Assembly: GCA_043787975.1 (NCBI GenBank)
Contig: JAYVUK010000032.1
Location: 2,577-66,576, forward strand
DNA length: 64,000 nucleotides
DNA from: Bacteroidota bacterium
Lineage (GTDB): Bacteria; Bacteroidota; Bacteroidia; AKYH767-A; 2013-40CM-41-45
Direction of reading: 5' to 3'
In this document: one piece after another, positions 39,315-51,066 of the stretch
Layout of the letters: each line of letters starts with the position of its first letter
Numbering within the stretch: the first letter of the stretch is position 1
Made by a program: the position numbers and the translations under genes
The notes under the pieces: generated by a model
The model's input: only the letters and a program-made list of their open reading frames with translations
The model's database searches: none
What the model was told of the DNA's origin: nothing

Positions 39315-42233
39315 ATGAAAAACATAAATCCAAAATTTTATCTTGTTTCTTGCTTCTTATTTCTTGCTTCATTCTCCAATGCACAGGTTGATTACGCAAA
39401 GTATGTGGATCCATTCATCGGTACCGGCGGACACGGACACACATATCCCGGAGCGACTGTTCCATTTGGAATGGTTCAGCTTTCTCCTGATACACGGATT
39501 GATGGAAGTTGGGATGGTTGCAGCGGCTATCATTACACCGATTCTGTGATCTATGGTTTTTCGCATACTCATCTCAGCGGAACAGGTTGCTCGGATTACG
39601 GTGATATCATGATGATGCCGATGATGGGCGAACCATCACTTGATCGTAAAATATATTCTTCTCAATTTTCTCATGCTGATGAATCGGCTTCAGCCGGATA
39701 TTATTCCGTAAAGCTAAAGCGTGACAATATTTTTGTTGAACTTACTTCGACTGAGCGCGTTGGAATGCATCGCTATACTTTTCCGGTAGAAGGAAATGTA
39801 TCTGTTGTCCTTGATCTGACCCATCGTGATAAATTATTGCAGGGAAGAATTCATCGTGTAAGTCCGACAACATTTGAAGGACTGAGGAGATCGGAAGCAT
39901 GGGCGAAAGACCAATTGGTTTTCTATCGGATTGAATTTTCAAAACCTGTTGTTGACGCAAACATCGAATCGGAAAACGGAAGCGATAAAAAAGCATGGTT
40001 TAAATTCAACATGAAGAAGAATGAAAAATTGTTGGTGAAAGTTGCATTGTCATCCGTAAGTGAAGTAGGCGCAAATAAAAACATGAAAGCAGAGCTTCCT
40101 GATTGGGATTTTGAAAAAGTAAAAAAAGAAGCGCATGATGCATGGCAAAAGGAGCTAAATAAAATTGAAGTAAGCGGAGGTGAAGAAGAGCAGACGAAAA
40201 TATTTTATACGGCTTTGTATCATTGTTTTCTTCAGCCGAATATTTACAATGATGTGGACGGGCAATACCGTGGACGTGATTCGAAGATTCACAAAGCAGA
40301 AGGATTTAATTATTACACGGTGTTTTCGCTGTGGGATACATTTCGCGCATGGCATCCACTCATGACTATCATCGACCGAAAGCGAACACTTGATTTTATC
40401 AAAACTTTTCTTGCTCAATATGAACAAGGCGGTTTGTTGCCGGTATGGGAATTGTCTTCCAACGAAACAGAATGTATGATCGGCTATCATGCTGTTTCCG
40501 TAATCGCGGACGCTGCTGTAAAAGGAATTACCGGTTTCGATATGGAAGAAGCTTTTCAGGCCATGAAGAAGAGCGCAATGTTGGGCGACCGGTATGGATT
40601 GGGAAAATATATGGAGCATGGATGTTTAAGTGTCGAAGATGAAAACGAGTCGGTTTCAAAAACGCTTGAGTATGCGTACGATGATTGGTGTATTGCGCAA
40701 ATGGCTAAACTATTGAATCATGAAAAGGATTATCAATATTTCATGGAACGTTCTCAATCCTGGAAAAATTTATTTGATCCTGAAACCGGTTTTATCAGAC
40801 CTAGAAAAAATGGTGGCTGGATGAAACCGTTTGATCCGTTCGAAGTGAACAACAATTATACGGAAGCAAATGCATGGCAGTACACATTTTTTGTTCCGCA
40901 GGAGATTCAATCGCTGATTGAAATGAGTGGAGGCAATGACAAGTTTGAAAAAAAATTAGATGAACTGTTTACCGTGGAAAGTAAAACTACCGGACGCGAT
41001 CAATCAGACATTACGGGGATGATTGGTCAATATGCCCATGGCAATGAACCAAGTCATCACATGGCTTATTTATATAACTATGTTGGCAAGCCATGGAAAA
41101 CACAGGAACGTGTTCATCAAATTCTGACAGACTTTTATCATGCAGCTCCTGACGGGTTAATTGGCAACGAAGATTGTGGACAAATGAGCGCGTGGTATGT
41201 AATGAGCGCAATGGGTTTGTACCAGGTTTGTCCTTCGTTTGATGCGTATGATATCGGAACGCCGATATTTAAAGAAGTGAAAATTCATCTTGAAAATAAA
41301 AAGGAGATATTTTTAAACAGTTTAAATTATTCTGACAAAAGTATCTACGCATACGCTGTAAAAATTAATGACAACTTATCAACTCAATATTCAGTTTCCT
41401 ATCACGATTTAGTACAAGGAGCAAGTATTTCTTTTGACACGCGGGAAAAATTCAGAGAAGGTAAATTGATTATTAGCAATTCATACATCAATACATCGGA
41501 TATGAATAAGGAGATTGTCGAATCGCCTTTGATAAGTTCAACATCGGCATCATTTAAAGGGAAGTGTGAAGTAAAAATTAATTCATACGGTAAAAAGAAT
41601 TCGAAACTGTTTTTTACAACAGATGGAAATCTGCCCAATCTTCAATCTTCACTTTACCAATCTCCAATTACTGTCGATACGACAACTACGATCAAGGCGA
41701 TTGCAGTCAATGACCATGGTGAATTAAGTAAAGTTTCGACCGCTCATTTTTATAAAATGCCGCATCCGGATTGGAAAATAAAAATTTTCTCAAAATATAA
41801 TCGGCAATACACAGCCGGTGGTGATGAAGGATTGATCGATGGTATTCTGGGTGAAATAAATTGGCAAAAGGGAGGTTGGCAAGGTTATCAATCGCAAGAT
41901 TTTGAATGTGTGATTGATCTTGGAAGTGAAAAGGAAATTTCACAATGCAGCGTTGATGTTTTGCAGGATACAAGGTCATGGATTCTATTCCCTACCCAAA
42001 TTGAATTTTCTTTTTCAACAGATTCAGCTCGCTTTCCTGCTCCAAAAATTGTAACGAATGCAATTGCTGCCAACGATTATAATCCGCAATTACAGGAATT
42101 CATATCCACACTTCCGAAACAAAAAGTCCGTTTCGTAAAAATCAAAGCGATCAATTACGGTAAGCTTCCCGAATGGCATCTTGGAGCAGGAGGCGATGCA
42201 TTTATTTTTGTAGATGAGATAACAATTGAGTAG
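39315..42233 (+). CDS. alpha-1,2-mannosidase (GH92) with C-terminal chitobiase-C-like and discoidin-like domains
   Basis: GH92 N-terminal signature YVDPFIGTGGHGHTYPGATVPFGMVQLSPDT. Signal peptide. Confidence 0.9.
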   Translation: MKNINPKFYLVSCFLFLASFSNAQVDYAKYVDPFIGTGGHGHTYPGATVPFGMVQLSPDTRIDGSWDGCSGYHYTDSVIYGFSHTHLSGTGCSDYGDIMMMPMMGEPSLDRKIYSSQFSHADESASAGYYSVKLKRDNIFVELTSTERVGMHRYTFPVEGNVSVVLDLTHRDKLLQGRIHRVSPTTFEGLRRSEAWAKDQLVFYRIEFSKPVVDANIESENGSDKKAWFKFNMKKNEKLLVKVALSSVSEVGANKNMKAELPDWDFEKVKKEAHDAWQKELNKIEVSGGEEEQTKIFYTALYHCFLQPNIYNDVDGQYRGRDSKIHKAEGFNYYTVFSLWDTFRAWHPLMTIIDRKRTLDFIKTFLAQYEQGGLLPVWELSSNETECMIGYHAVSVIADAAVKGITGFDMEEAFQAMKKSAMLGDRYGLGKYMEHGCLSVEDENESVSKTLEYAYDDWCIAQMAKLLNHEKDYQYFMERSQSWKNLFDPETGFIRPRKNGGWMKPFDPFEVNNNYTEANAWQYTFFVPQEIQSLIEMSGGNDKFEKKLDELFTVESKTTGRDQSDITGMIGQYAHGNEPSHHMAYLYNYVGKPWKTQERVHQILTDFYHAAPDGLIGNEDCGQMSAWYVMSAMGLYQVCPSFDAYDIGTPIFKEVKIHLENKKEIFLNSLNYSDKSIYAYAVKINDNLSTQYSVSYHDLVQGASISFDTREKFREGKLIISNSYINTSDMNKEIVESPLISSTSASFKGKCEVKINSYGKKNSKLFFTTDGNLPNLQSSLYQSPITVDTTTTIKAIAVNDHGELSKVSTAHFYKMPHPDWKIKIFSKYNRQYTAGGDEGLIDGILGEINWQKGGWQGYQSQDFECVIDLGSEKEISQCSVDVLQDTRSWILFPTQIEFSFSTDSARFPAPKIVTNAIAANDYNPQLQEFISTLPKQKVRFVKIKAINYGKLPEWHLGAGGDAFIFVDEITIE

Positions 42234-42238
42234 TACGG

Positions 42239-43789
42239 TTAGTGTGCATCCACAGGAACCGCTGATCCTTTTTTGAACCGTTGTAAAAATAACAGCGGAA
42301 TACAGAGAATAAAAAACATTCCTGTAAACCAAAAACCATCCATATAGCTTAGTAAAAAAGTTTGCTTCAATACAGCACCTTCAATTGCTTTGTATGCAAG
42401 CGTGGTTGCATCAACGGCTGCATACCCTTTCGCAATAAAATTATTGAATAAACTATTAAAGCGCGAAACAAAATCAGGATTGTATTGATTTATATTTTCA
42501 AGAAGAATGGAACGGTGATATCCCTGTCGAAGATGAATCAAGGTGGTGATCAAAGCAATGCCAAACGAACCACCGAGTTGACGCATCATGTTATTCAATC
42601 CTGTTGCCTGCGATAAATCTTTTGGTTGAACATCACTGAATGCAAGAGAAGTAAGCGGAACAAACAAAAGACTCAACCCGATTCCGCGAAGTATCAGGGG
42701 GAAATAAAAATTACTTTCTCCCGAACTAAGGTTTGATTTTCCAAGTGTATACGTAAAAAGAAAAAAGAAAAAGAAGCCGAGTGATGCTAATATCTGAGGT
42801 GGAATTTTATTCTGCAACATTCTTCCCACGAGCGGCATCATCAGGATGGTTGCAAGACCTCCGGGAATAAGCAGTTCACCGGTTTGCTGCGCAGTGAAGC
42901 CAAGAAGATTCTGACAGAAGATCGGGAAAATAAAAACGGAAGCAAACAATCCGAATCCAAGAATGAAGGTGGTGAACATACCAATTGCAAGAGAACGATT
43001 TTTCATGATTCGAAGATTCACGACCGGGTGTTCAGTGTACAATTCATGAAGAATAAATCCAACCATGCTAATCGCTGTAACAATTGCAAGTATGGTGATG
43101 TAAGTCGTGTTAAACCAATCTTCAGTTTCTCCCTTTTCAAGGATGACTTGCAACGAACCGATTCCGACAGTGAGCAGAATAATTCCAAGCCAATCCACAT
43201 GGTCGCTTTGATGATGCGCATGAATGGAATCTTTAATAAAGTTAAGCGTAAGGAGAACGGCAATGATTCCAAGAGGAATGTTGATGAAGAATATCCATGG
43301 CCACGTCCAATGATCGGTAATCACGCCACCGAGTGTAGGGCCAAATGTCGGACCGACAACTACACCAAGTCCGAACAAAGCCATCGCAGTTCCAAGTTGT
43401 TTCTTAGGCCACGATTCAATGAGAATTGCTTGCGCAGTGGAAAGCAATCCACCGCCACCAATACCTTGAATGAAACGAAAAATAATCAGTTCCCAGATCG
43501 TATGTGCGTTTCCACAGAAGAAGGATGCAATGGTAAAGAGTACAATGGAAGCAGTAAAATAATTCCTTCTGCCGTAACGATTGCTCAGCCAGCCGCTCAT
43601 TGGAAGGATGATCACGTTTGCAACAGCATAAGAAGTGATTACCCAACCAACATCTTCAAGCGTCGCTCCGAGATTTCCCATAATCTGTGGCAACGATACA
43701 TTCACCACCGTCGTATCGATCAATTCGAGCAGCGCAGCAAGAATAACTGTAAAGGTGATGATGAATTTTCGGAATCCTGTTTCTACCAT
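42239..43789 (-). CDS. emrB: MFS multidrug efflux transporter, DHA2 (EmrB/QacA) family, 14 TM
   Basis: EmrB-family N-terminus and motif A (GWLSNRYGRR). Confidence 0.88.
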   Translation of the reverse strand: MVETGFRKFIITFTVILAALLELIDTTVVNVSLPQIMGNLGATLEDVGWVITSYAVANVIILPMSGWLSNRYGRRNYFTASIVLFTIASFFCGNAHTIWELIIFRFIQGIGGGGLLSTAQAILIESWPKKQLGTAMALFGLGVVVGPTFGPTLGGVITDHWTWPWIFFINIPLGIIAVLLTLNFIKDSIHAHHQSDHVDWLGIILLTVGIGSLQVILEKGETEDWFNTTYITILAIVTAISMVGFILHELYTEHPVVNLRIMKNRSLAIGMFTTFILGFGLFASVFIFPIFCQNLLGFTAQQTGELLIPGGLATILMMPLVGRMLQNKIPPQILASLGFFFFFLFTYTLGKSNLSSGESNFYFPLILRGIGLSLLFVPLTSLAFSDVQPKDLSQATGLNNMMRQLGGSFGIALITTLIHLRQGYHRSILLENINQYNPDFVSRFNSLFNNFIAKGYAAVDATTLAYKAIEGAVLKQTFLLSYMDGFWFTGMFFILCIPLLFLQRFKKGSAVPVDAH

Positions 43790-43801
43790 AATCTGTTTTC
43801 G

Positions 43802-43848
43802 GTTTACAGTTTACGGTTTACAGAAACTGTAAACCGTAAACTGTAAAC
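43802..43848. repeat. perfect 22-bp inverted repeat (gtttacagtttacggtttacag-aaa-ctgtaaaccgtaaactgtaaac) between hlyD and emrB cistrons
   Basis: Seen directly. It is built from GTAAAC units. Confidence 0.8.
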
Positions 43849-43850
43849 AA

Positions 43851-44897
43851 TTAATTTACCTTAACCGATACTCCTACGCTCATTCCCGCTCTCAACTTTT
43901 CCATCGTCTCTTTATCGGTATTCAATTTTATTTTAACCGGAACACGCTGAACAATTTTTACAAAATTTCCGGTGGCATTGTCGGGAGGAAGTAAACTGAA
44001 CTTTGCACCTGTGACAGGAGAAAAAGAATACACGGTTCCGGAAATGACCTGGTCCGGAAATGCATCTGCTGTTACTTCGACCGGCAATCCTGTTTTCATT
44101 TTTTCAAGTTGAGTTTCTTTGAAATTGGCAACGACATAAATTCCGTTTTCCGAAACAACTGAGAAGAGTGGAGTTCCGGCATTGATAAACTGTCCGGCCT
44201 GGATATTCTTTTTTGATGCAAGACCTAAAGCTGGCGCTGTAATGCTTGCATAACTCAATTGAAGTTTTGCAAAATCAAGATCGGCTTGTCGTTGTGTAAT
44301 CAAACTTTGAGCGACAGCAACCTGTTGACCCGAAGCCTGGCCTTGCATGGAAGATGAAGATTGTTGTTTGGTCGCAGATTCAAGTTGCGCTTCAGCAGAA
44401 AGTTTTTCTGCTTTGGCGGCATCATATTGTTGCTGTGTGATGGCCTTGTCTTTTAAAAGATTTTCATAACGGATAAAATCCTGTGTCGTTTTCCATACAT
44501 GAACCTTTGCAGCCTCCACATTGGAAGAAGCGGTTGCCGTATTTGCTTGTGCTGTCCCGACATTTGCTTTCGCCACGGAACGGTTTGCAATCGCATTCTC
44601 AAGTGCCGCCTGTGCTTGCTGAACTTTGATTTGCAGATCGCGGTCATCTAATTTTACCAACGTGTCACCTTTGTTAACATGCTGGTTTTCTTCAAACCGG
44701 ATTTCATCCACATATCCTGAAACACGCGCCAACACCGGATTTATGTCAGCATCAATTTGTGCGTCATCCGTATCAACATGATGTAGCGAATAAAAATATT
44801 TGTTGATACCGAAAGCTGTTGCGCTTACCAGCACGATAGCAATGATAAGAAGTGGTGCCCTTTTTTTCTTTGAATTTTTTTGTTCTGTATTTTCCAT
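43851..44897 (-). CDS. emrA: HlyD/EmrA family periplasmic adaptor protein
   Basis: N-terminal transmembrane anchor, coiled coil and lipoyl/beta-barrel HlyD domains. Confidence 0.88.
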   Translation of the reverse strand: MENTEQKNSKKKRAPLLIIAIVLVSATAFGINKYFYSLHHVDTDDAQIDADINPVLARVSGYVDEIRFEENQHVNKGDTLVKLDDRDLQIKVQQAQAALENAIANRSVAKANVGTAQANTATASSNVEAAKVHVWKTTQDFIRYENLLKDKAITQQQYDAAKAEKLSAEAQLESATKQQSSSSMQGQASGQQVAVAQSLITQRQADLDFAKLQLSYASITAPALGLASKKNIQAGQFINAGTPLFSVVSENGIYVVANFKETQLEKMKTGLPVEVTADAFPDQVISGTVYSFSPVTGAKFSLLPPDNATGNFVKIVQRVPVKIKLNTDKETMEKLRAGMSVGVSVKVN

Positions 44898-44966
44898 TTT
44901 TGTATTTTTTAAGTACGGTTCAATGTTTTTAATTACTACTTACTGCTTACCGCTTACTGCCCCTGC

Positions 44967-46289
44967 CTACTGCAGCGGAATTCCTCCTGTAGCTTTCATC
45001 AATCGGTAATACGCAATTTGCCCGTCAGCCTTTGACATGACAAGATTTATTTTAGCATTCAGCCATGTATTGTCTGCGTCCAGTAATTCACTCAGGAGGA
45101 TTAAATTATTCTTGTACCTTGAATCAGTGATCCTGTAATTTTCTTCAGCTTGCTCAACTGATTTTTGTAAAACAATAACACGTTGATTTGCTTGCTTCCA
45201 TGAAAGATAATTTTGATTCACTTCCATCTTCACCACATCCGACAATTGATTCAATGCTTCTTTGTTTTGTGAAAGATTCGCCTTTGCTTCATCTACGTAA
45301 TGTTTGTTTGAGTAGAGTCGCATGAGATCCCAGGTAAAAAATATTCCTGTGTCCCACGTAAAAGTGAATTGATCTTTCGGAGGAATAATTCTTGGATTCG
45401 GACGCATATCATATAAATTACCACCGAGACTGATCTGCGGCAGGTAACTGTTTTTCGAGACCTTCAGATTATTTTCCGCCGCTTTTGTCCTCAGGTCAAT
45501 AGACTGCAAGTCGCCTCGCGTTGAAGAAGCGCGATTCAAATAATCACTCAACGGTTTCTCTTCATTCAGCTTGTTGATCGAATTCGAATCAACATCCAAT
45601 TGAATGTCATTCAAGCCGAGCAACAGGTTCATGTTATAGTTGGCAACCTGTTGATTATTCTCAATATCGAGTTGAGTCAATTCAATGTTTGATTGTTGAA
45701 GTTGCCAGCGAAGTACATCGTTGTGCGTTGCCAACCCTTGTTGTTCCCAAAGTTGAGTTTCCTTTACATGTTGCTGAACCTGTTCAAGATTTTCAGCCAC
45801 AATCTTCTTTGATTCTCCGACCTTATAAAGATTGTAGTAAGATTGGATGATGTTGTAAATGATTTCATCCTTGTCTTTATCGGAATCCAGTTTGGATGCC
45901 TGTAACAAAAGTTGAAAAGATTCCTTGGCATACTTCGCGCGAAAGCCTGAAAATACAATTTCACTCGCTGATAGTCTTGTCGAATAATTATTGACGTAGA
46001 TGGGAAAAATAACAATGGGTTCTGCCACTCCCGGAAACTGGATGCTGGGAGGATCGAGGTCACTCAATCGTTGGTACGATGCCGAAGCATTCACAGAAGG
46101 AAGTGCAGCATCCAGTGCCTGGTGGTATTTCGCGTTGGCAGCATCCACTTTTGCCTGGGAAATTTTAAATGTTTTGCTGTTCTCCAATCCTAGTTTGATT
46201 GCGTCTTCTAACGATAATTGTTTATGTTGTTGAGCAAAAGCAGTGAAGCTAAGAAGTGAAAACAGGAGAACGATTATCGTTTTATTCAT
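44967..46289 (-). CDS. tolC: TolC family outer-membrane efflux protein
   Basis: Two OEP repeats. Signal peptide. Confidence 0.85.
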   Translation of the reverse strand: MNKTIIVLLFSLLSFTAFAQQHKQLSLEDAIKLGLENSKTFKISQAKVDAANAKYHQALDAALPSVNASASYQRLSDLDPPSIQFPGVAEPIVIFPIYVNNYSTRLSASEIVFSGFRAKYAKESFQLLLQASKLDSDKDKDEIIYNIIQSYYNLYKVGESKKIVAENLEQVQQHVKETQLWEQQGLATHNDVLRWQLQQSNIELTQLDIENNQQVANYNMNLLLGLNDIQLDVDSNSINKLNEEKPLSDYLNRASSTRGDLQSIDLRTKAAENNLKVSKNSYLPQISLGGNLYDMRPNPRIIPPKDQFTFTWDTGIFFTWDLMRLYSNKHYVDEAKANLSQNKEALNQLSDVVKMEVNQNYLSWKQANQRVIVLQKSVEQAEENYRITDSRYKNNLILLSELLDADNTWLNAKINLVMSKADGQIAYYRLMKATGGIPLQ

Positions 46290-46314
46290 CGGATGATTTT
46301 TGAAACAGTCTGAT

Positions 46315-46929
46315 TTATTTTTTAATGAGTAAATGATTTTTTAATAATTCGCGAAGGTGTTTCTTCACGCGCGTTTTATTTTTTTCATCAAAGATTGAAT
46401 TCGTTTCAGGATTCAGGTTGATCATTTTACAGGCCAGCATGGATGATTTGGTCACCTGAGAAATGGTTCCGATCATCGACGCAATCGTACATTCAATGTC
46501 TACTTTCCTGAATATTTTTTTTCGCTGGCCTTCTTCAATCATCTTCCGCATTTCATTCACGTTACGAAGCATGATTTCAGCTATCACATCATGCATTCCT
46601 GAACGTTGCTGCAAAGCAATTTCACGTTGCAGAATCCTGTGAAAACGATGGTTGTCAAAAATTTTATCCACGTAGAGGTCAATGAGTTTTTCAATTTTCG
46701 TCAGCGGATCCAATTCTTTTTCGTTCAGTGAACGTAGCTTCTCATGCGTGCTGCCTGCCCGGTATTCCACCAATGCTTTGAATAATTTCTCTTTGGAGCC
46801 AAAATAATAGGAGACCATCGCGATATTGATGCGTGCCTTTTTTGCAAGCATTCTCACCGATGTGCCTTCGAAACCGTGCTCCGCAAAAAGAGTCTCGGCC
46901 ACTTCCAATATCTGTTCTTTCTTTTCCAT
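46315..46929 (-). CDS. TetR/AcrR family transcriptional regulator
   Basis: TetR helix-turn-helix (HTH) (GFEGTSVRMLAKKARINIAMVSYYFGSKEKLF). The start is taken at MEKKEQ. Confidence 0.85.
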   Translation of the reverse strand: MEKKEQILEVAETLFAEHGFEGTSVRMLAKKARINIAMVSYYFGSKEKLFKALVEYRAGSTHEKLRSLNEKELDPLTKIEKLIDLYVDKIFDNHRFHRILQREIALQQRSGMHDVIAEIMLRNVNEMRKMIEEGQRKKIFRKVDIECTIASMIGTISQVTKSSMLACKMINLNPETNSIFDEKNKTRVKKHLRELLKNHLLIKK

Positions 46930-46952
46930 TATTTTTTTAATCGGGGACAAAG

Positions 46953-46985
46953 TTAAACAAGTGTTTAAATTAAACAAACGTTTAA
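46953..46985. promoter_or_regulatory. two tandem palindromic operator-like sites TTAAAC-N4-GTTTAA (46953-46968, 46970-46985) upstream of tetR
   Basis: Seen directly, 24-56 bp upstream of the tetR start. TetR-family repressors typically bind such palindromes. Confidence 0.55.
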
Positions 46986-47054
46986 TTAACTTTTTTTACT
47001 AAGATTTTATACCCTTTTTGGGAATCGGTTGAATGCAAAGATTATTTTGCAGGC

Positions 47055-47094
47055 AATAAAAAAACCCTGCTCTTTCGAACAGGGTTCTTTTATA
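47055..47094 (-). terminator. rho-independent terminator downstream of groEL (aaccctg-ctctttcgaa-cagggtt, T-run on transcript strand)
   Basis: Seen directly. Confidence 0.7.
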
Positions 47095-47136
47095 ATTAGT
47101 AGTTCTCTAAACTCCGAACTAAATACTCCGGACTTT

Positions 47137-48837
<1,701 letters not shown>

Positions 48838-48892
48838 TCAAACAGGAAGAATTCTTCCTTCGTACATTCGTCCGCCTCAGGCGGATTCGTGG

Positions 48893-49183
48893 TTAGATGA
48901 TTGCGAAAATGTCGCTTTCACGCATGATTAAATATTCTTTACCGCTATGAGTGATTTCTGTACCTGCATATTTACCGTACAATACTTTATCACCAACTTT
49001 TACTGCGGGTTTGTTGCCTTTCTCATCTACCTCACTGATTGAAACAACCGTTCCTTGTTGAGGTTTTTCTTTCGCTGTGTCAGGAATGATAATTCCGCTT
49101 GCTGTTTTTTCTTCTGCCGGGGACGGCTCAACCACAACTCTGTTCTGAGTTCCTGCGATTGGTTTAATGTTGAATTTGCTCAT
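48893..49183 (-). CDS. groS: co-chaperonin GroES
   Basis: Full-length GroES. Confidence 0.95.
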   Translation of the reverse strand: MSKFNIKPIAGTQNRVVVEPSPAEEKTASGIIIPDTAKEKPQQGTVVSISEVDEKGNKPAVKVGDKVLYGKYAGTEITHSGKEYLIMRESDIFAII

Positions 49184-49375
49184 GATAGTTTTATTTTAGA
49201 TTAGTAAACAATATTGTTCTTATGAAATAAATTTCGAGTCGCGCCTGTCGAACATTGTGCCACTGATTTTCCTGTCAGTTTTTTTCCCAAGATGACATGG
49301 AAGAAAAAAAATATCGCAGGCAATGGTGTCATCGTGACACAACCCGGTTACCCTCAATAAAAAATATGACTGAAA

Positions 49376-49741
49376 TTATTTTTGCTGAGGAGCTGGTTGT
49401 GTCGACTGATTCTGTGCCGGTTGATTTTGCACAGGAGCAGTTGCCGGAGCTTTCTGAGGAGCTGTTCCTGCATTGTCAATTTGTTCCTGTAATGAGCTTC
49501 CGGAAGTTCGTGCTTCTTTATTAGGCAGGGAAAAACTTGCAACGAGACATAATACAACCAACGTAAGGGCGAGGCCCCAGGTTAATTTTTCAATGAAGTC
49601 GGAGGTTTTTTTAACGCCCATTACCTGGTTGGAACCGGCAAAACCGGAAGCTAATCCGCCTCCTTTGGAATTCTGAACCAATACAACGAGAATGAGCAGA
49701 ACGCAAACGATGATAATTAAAACGGTAACTACTGTATACAT
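49376..49741 (-). CDS. secG: preprotein translocase subunit SecG
   Basis: SecG N-terminal transmembrane segment and LVQNSKGGG motif. The Q/P/A-rich C-terminal tail extends it. Confidence 0.85.
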   Translation of the reverse strand: MYTVVTVLIIIVCVLLILVVLVQNSKGGGLASGFAGSNQVMGVKKTSDFIEKLTWGLALTLVVLCLVASFSLPNKEARTSGSSLQEQIDNAGTAPQKAPATAPVQNQPAQNQSTQPAPQQK

Positions 49742-51066
49742 TATTCTTGCTTGTTTATGTGATTATCAATTTCCTGAATAAGGGCGGCAAAGTAACTGCT
49801 TTTTTCGGGATGAAGCAAGCTTAATTTTTGATAGCTCGAACGGGCTTTTAGCAAATTTCCCTGGTCGAAATAAATTTTTGCAAGTGTCTCTGAAACCATA
49901 TCGTCATGCTCCGCGATGCTCTTTTTAGCCTGGTTTACAGGTGAATAGAACTCAACCTTCGACGCGACGATTCTCGGTTCCGTGGCAATAAATTGGTTGA
50001 CGAGGTCCTCTTTACTGATCGCAGGTTGAGCATTTTCTTCCGGTTCAATCAACTCATCCGGCAAGTTGTCATCGGCCTGAACTTCTTCAACGACACCGAA
50101 ATCCTTGTGAGATTTTATTTTCAGCCAATCAAGAAATGAATGAGTTTCGACAGTGGAAATTTCCTTGACAGAAAGCGTTTCATGAACTTCTTCTTCAATG
50201 AGAGGAAGTTTTTCGATGGAATGAAGAATGGTTTCTTCCATCGCATGCTCAAGTCCGATCCTGTCAATTACATCACGAACCTTTTCAACCTGTTCTGCGA
50301 TGATTTCTTCTTCATCAATTTTTACTTCAGCGGGAGAAGTTGCTTCCGGGTAAATACGTTCTGCCTGAATTTTATGTTCAGGAACATCAGCTGTTTTTTC
50401 GGGAGCAACTTCATCATCGAAATCGTTTTTAAAATCGGTGGAATCTTTTCCCACAAGTATTTCACTCAACCGCTTCCTGATCACTTCATGCGGGTCAACG
50501 ATTTTTGATTCGGATGTTCCGGAAGTAATTTCATCCGTTGTCTCTGACGAATCATCCACAGCAGTATACCATTCATCGGTTGACTTCTGATGACCGGAAA
50601 ATGATTCCTGGATTCCACTATCCGATATTTTTATTTCTGAATCTGGATTTTTTTCCTGGAAAATATTCTCCTTTAAAGGTTCTGCGAAAACACTTGCCTC
50701 GCCGGTGGGCGGGTTTTCTTCTTCCGGTTTTGCCGGATGAACAGATTTTTCTTCTTCATTTAAAATCACTGACCTGAAAGGAAAAACAGGTTCTTCTTTG
50801 AAGACAGAAACTTCCTCTTCACCCAGATTTTCATTTTGTTGGTGAATGAGTGTGTATAGAATTTTTCTGTCGACAGAATAAATGGATGCCGTTTTTAATT
50901 GCTGATCAAAAAGAATGTTGTGCTGATCGTGCAGGCATTTCGCGAGCAACAAATGTCCGGTTTGGCAATAAGGAAAATTGCTGACAAAATCCTGCAGCAT
51001 CGGAATCGCTTCTTTATTCAGCGAACCTTTGCTATCCATCAGCTTTATAAATTCCCCGTGTTCCAT
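49741..51066 (-). CDS. hypothetical protein (TPR-like helical N- and C-terminal regions, long acidic Glu/Asp-rich middle)
   Basis: No domain recognised with confidence. It sits in an apparent operon with the lptE-like gene and secG. Confidence 0.5.
   Translation of the reverse strand: MEHGEFIKLMDSKGSLNKEAIPMLQDFVSNFPYCQTGHLLLAKCLHDQHNILFDQQLKTASIYSVDRKILYTLIHQQNENLGEEEVSVFKEEPVFPFRSVILNEEEKSVHPAKPEEENPPTGEASVFAEPLKENIFQEKNPDSEIKISDSGIQESFSGHQKSTDEWYTAVDDSSETTDEITSGTSESKIVDPHEVIRKRLSEILVGKDSTDFKNDFDDEVAPEKTADVPEHKIQAERIYPEATSPAEVKIDEEEIIAEQVEKVRDVIDRIGLEHAMEETILHSIEKLPLIEEEVHETLSVKEISTVETHSFLDWLKIKSHKDFGVVEEVQADDNLPDELIEPEENAQPAISKEDLVNQFIATEPRIVASKVEFYSPVNQAKKSIAEHDDMVSETLAKIYFDQGNLLKARSSYQKLSLLHPEKSSYFAALIQEIDNHINKQE

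Noticed and set aside
44800-45009. 69-aa ORF spanning the hlyD-tolC junction
   Set aside because: It lies on the strand opposite to both flanking genes and crosses the GCAGTAA repeat. Most likely spurious.
49184-49375. Looked for a CIRCE element (TTAGCACTC-N9-GAGTGCTAA) upstream of groES
   Set aside because: No match to the CIRCE inverted repeat. I found only a gtgtca-tcg-tgacac hairpin that fits a secG terminator. HrcA-CIRCE control is therefore not supported here.
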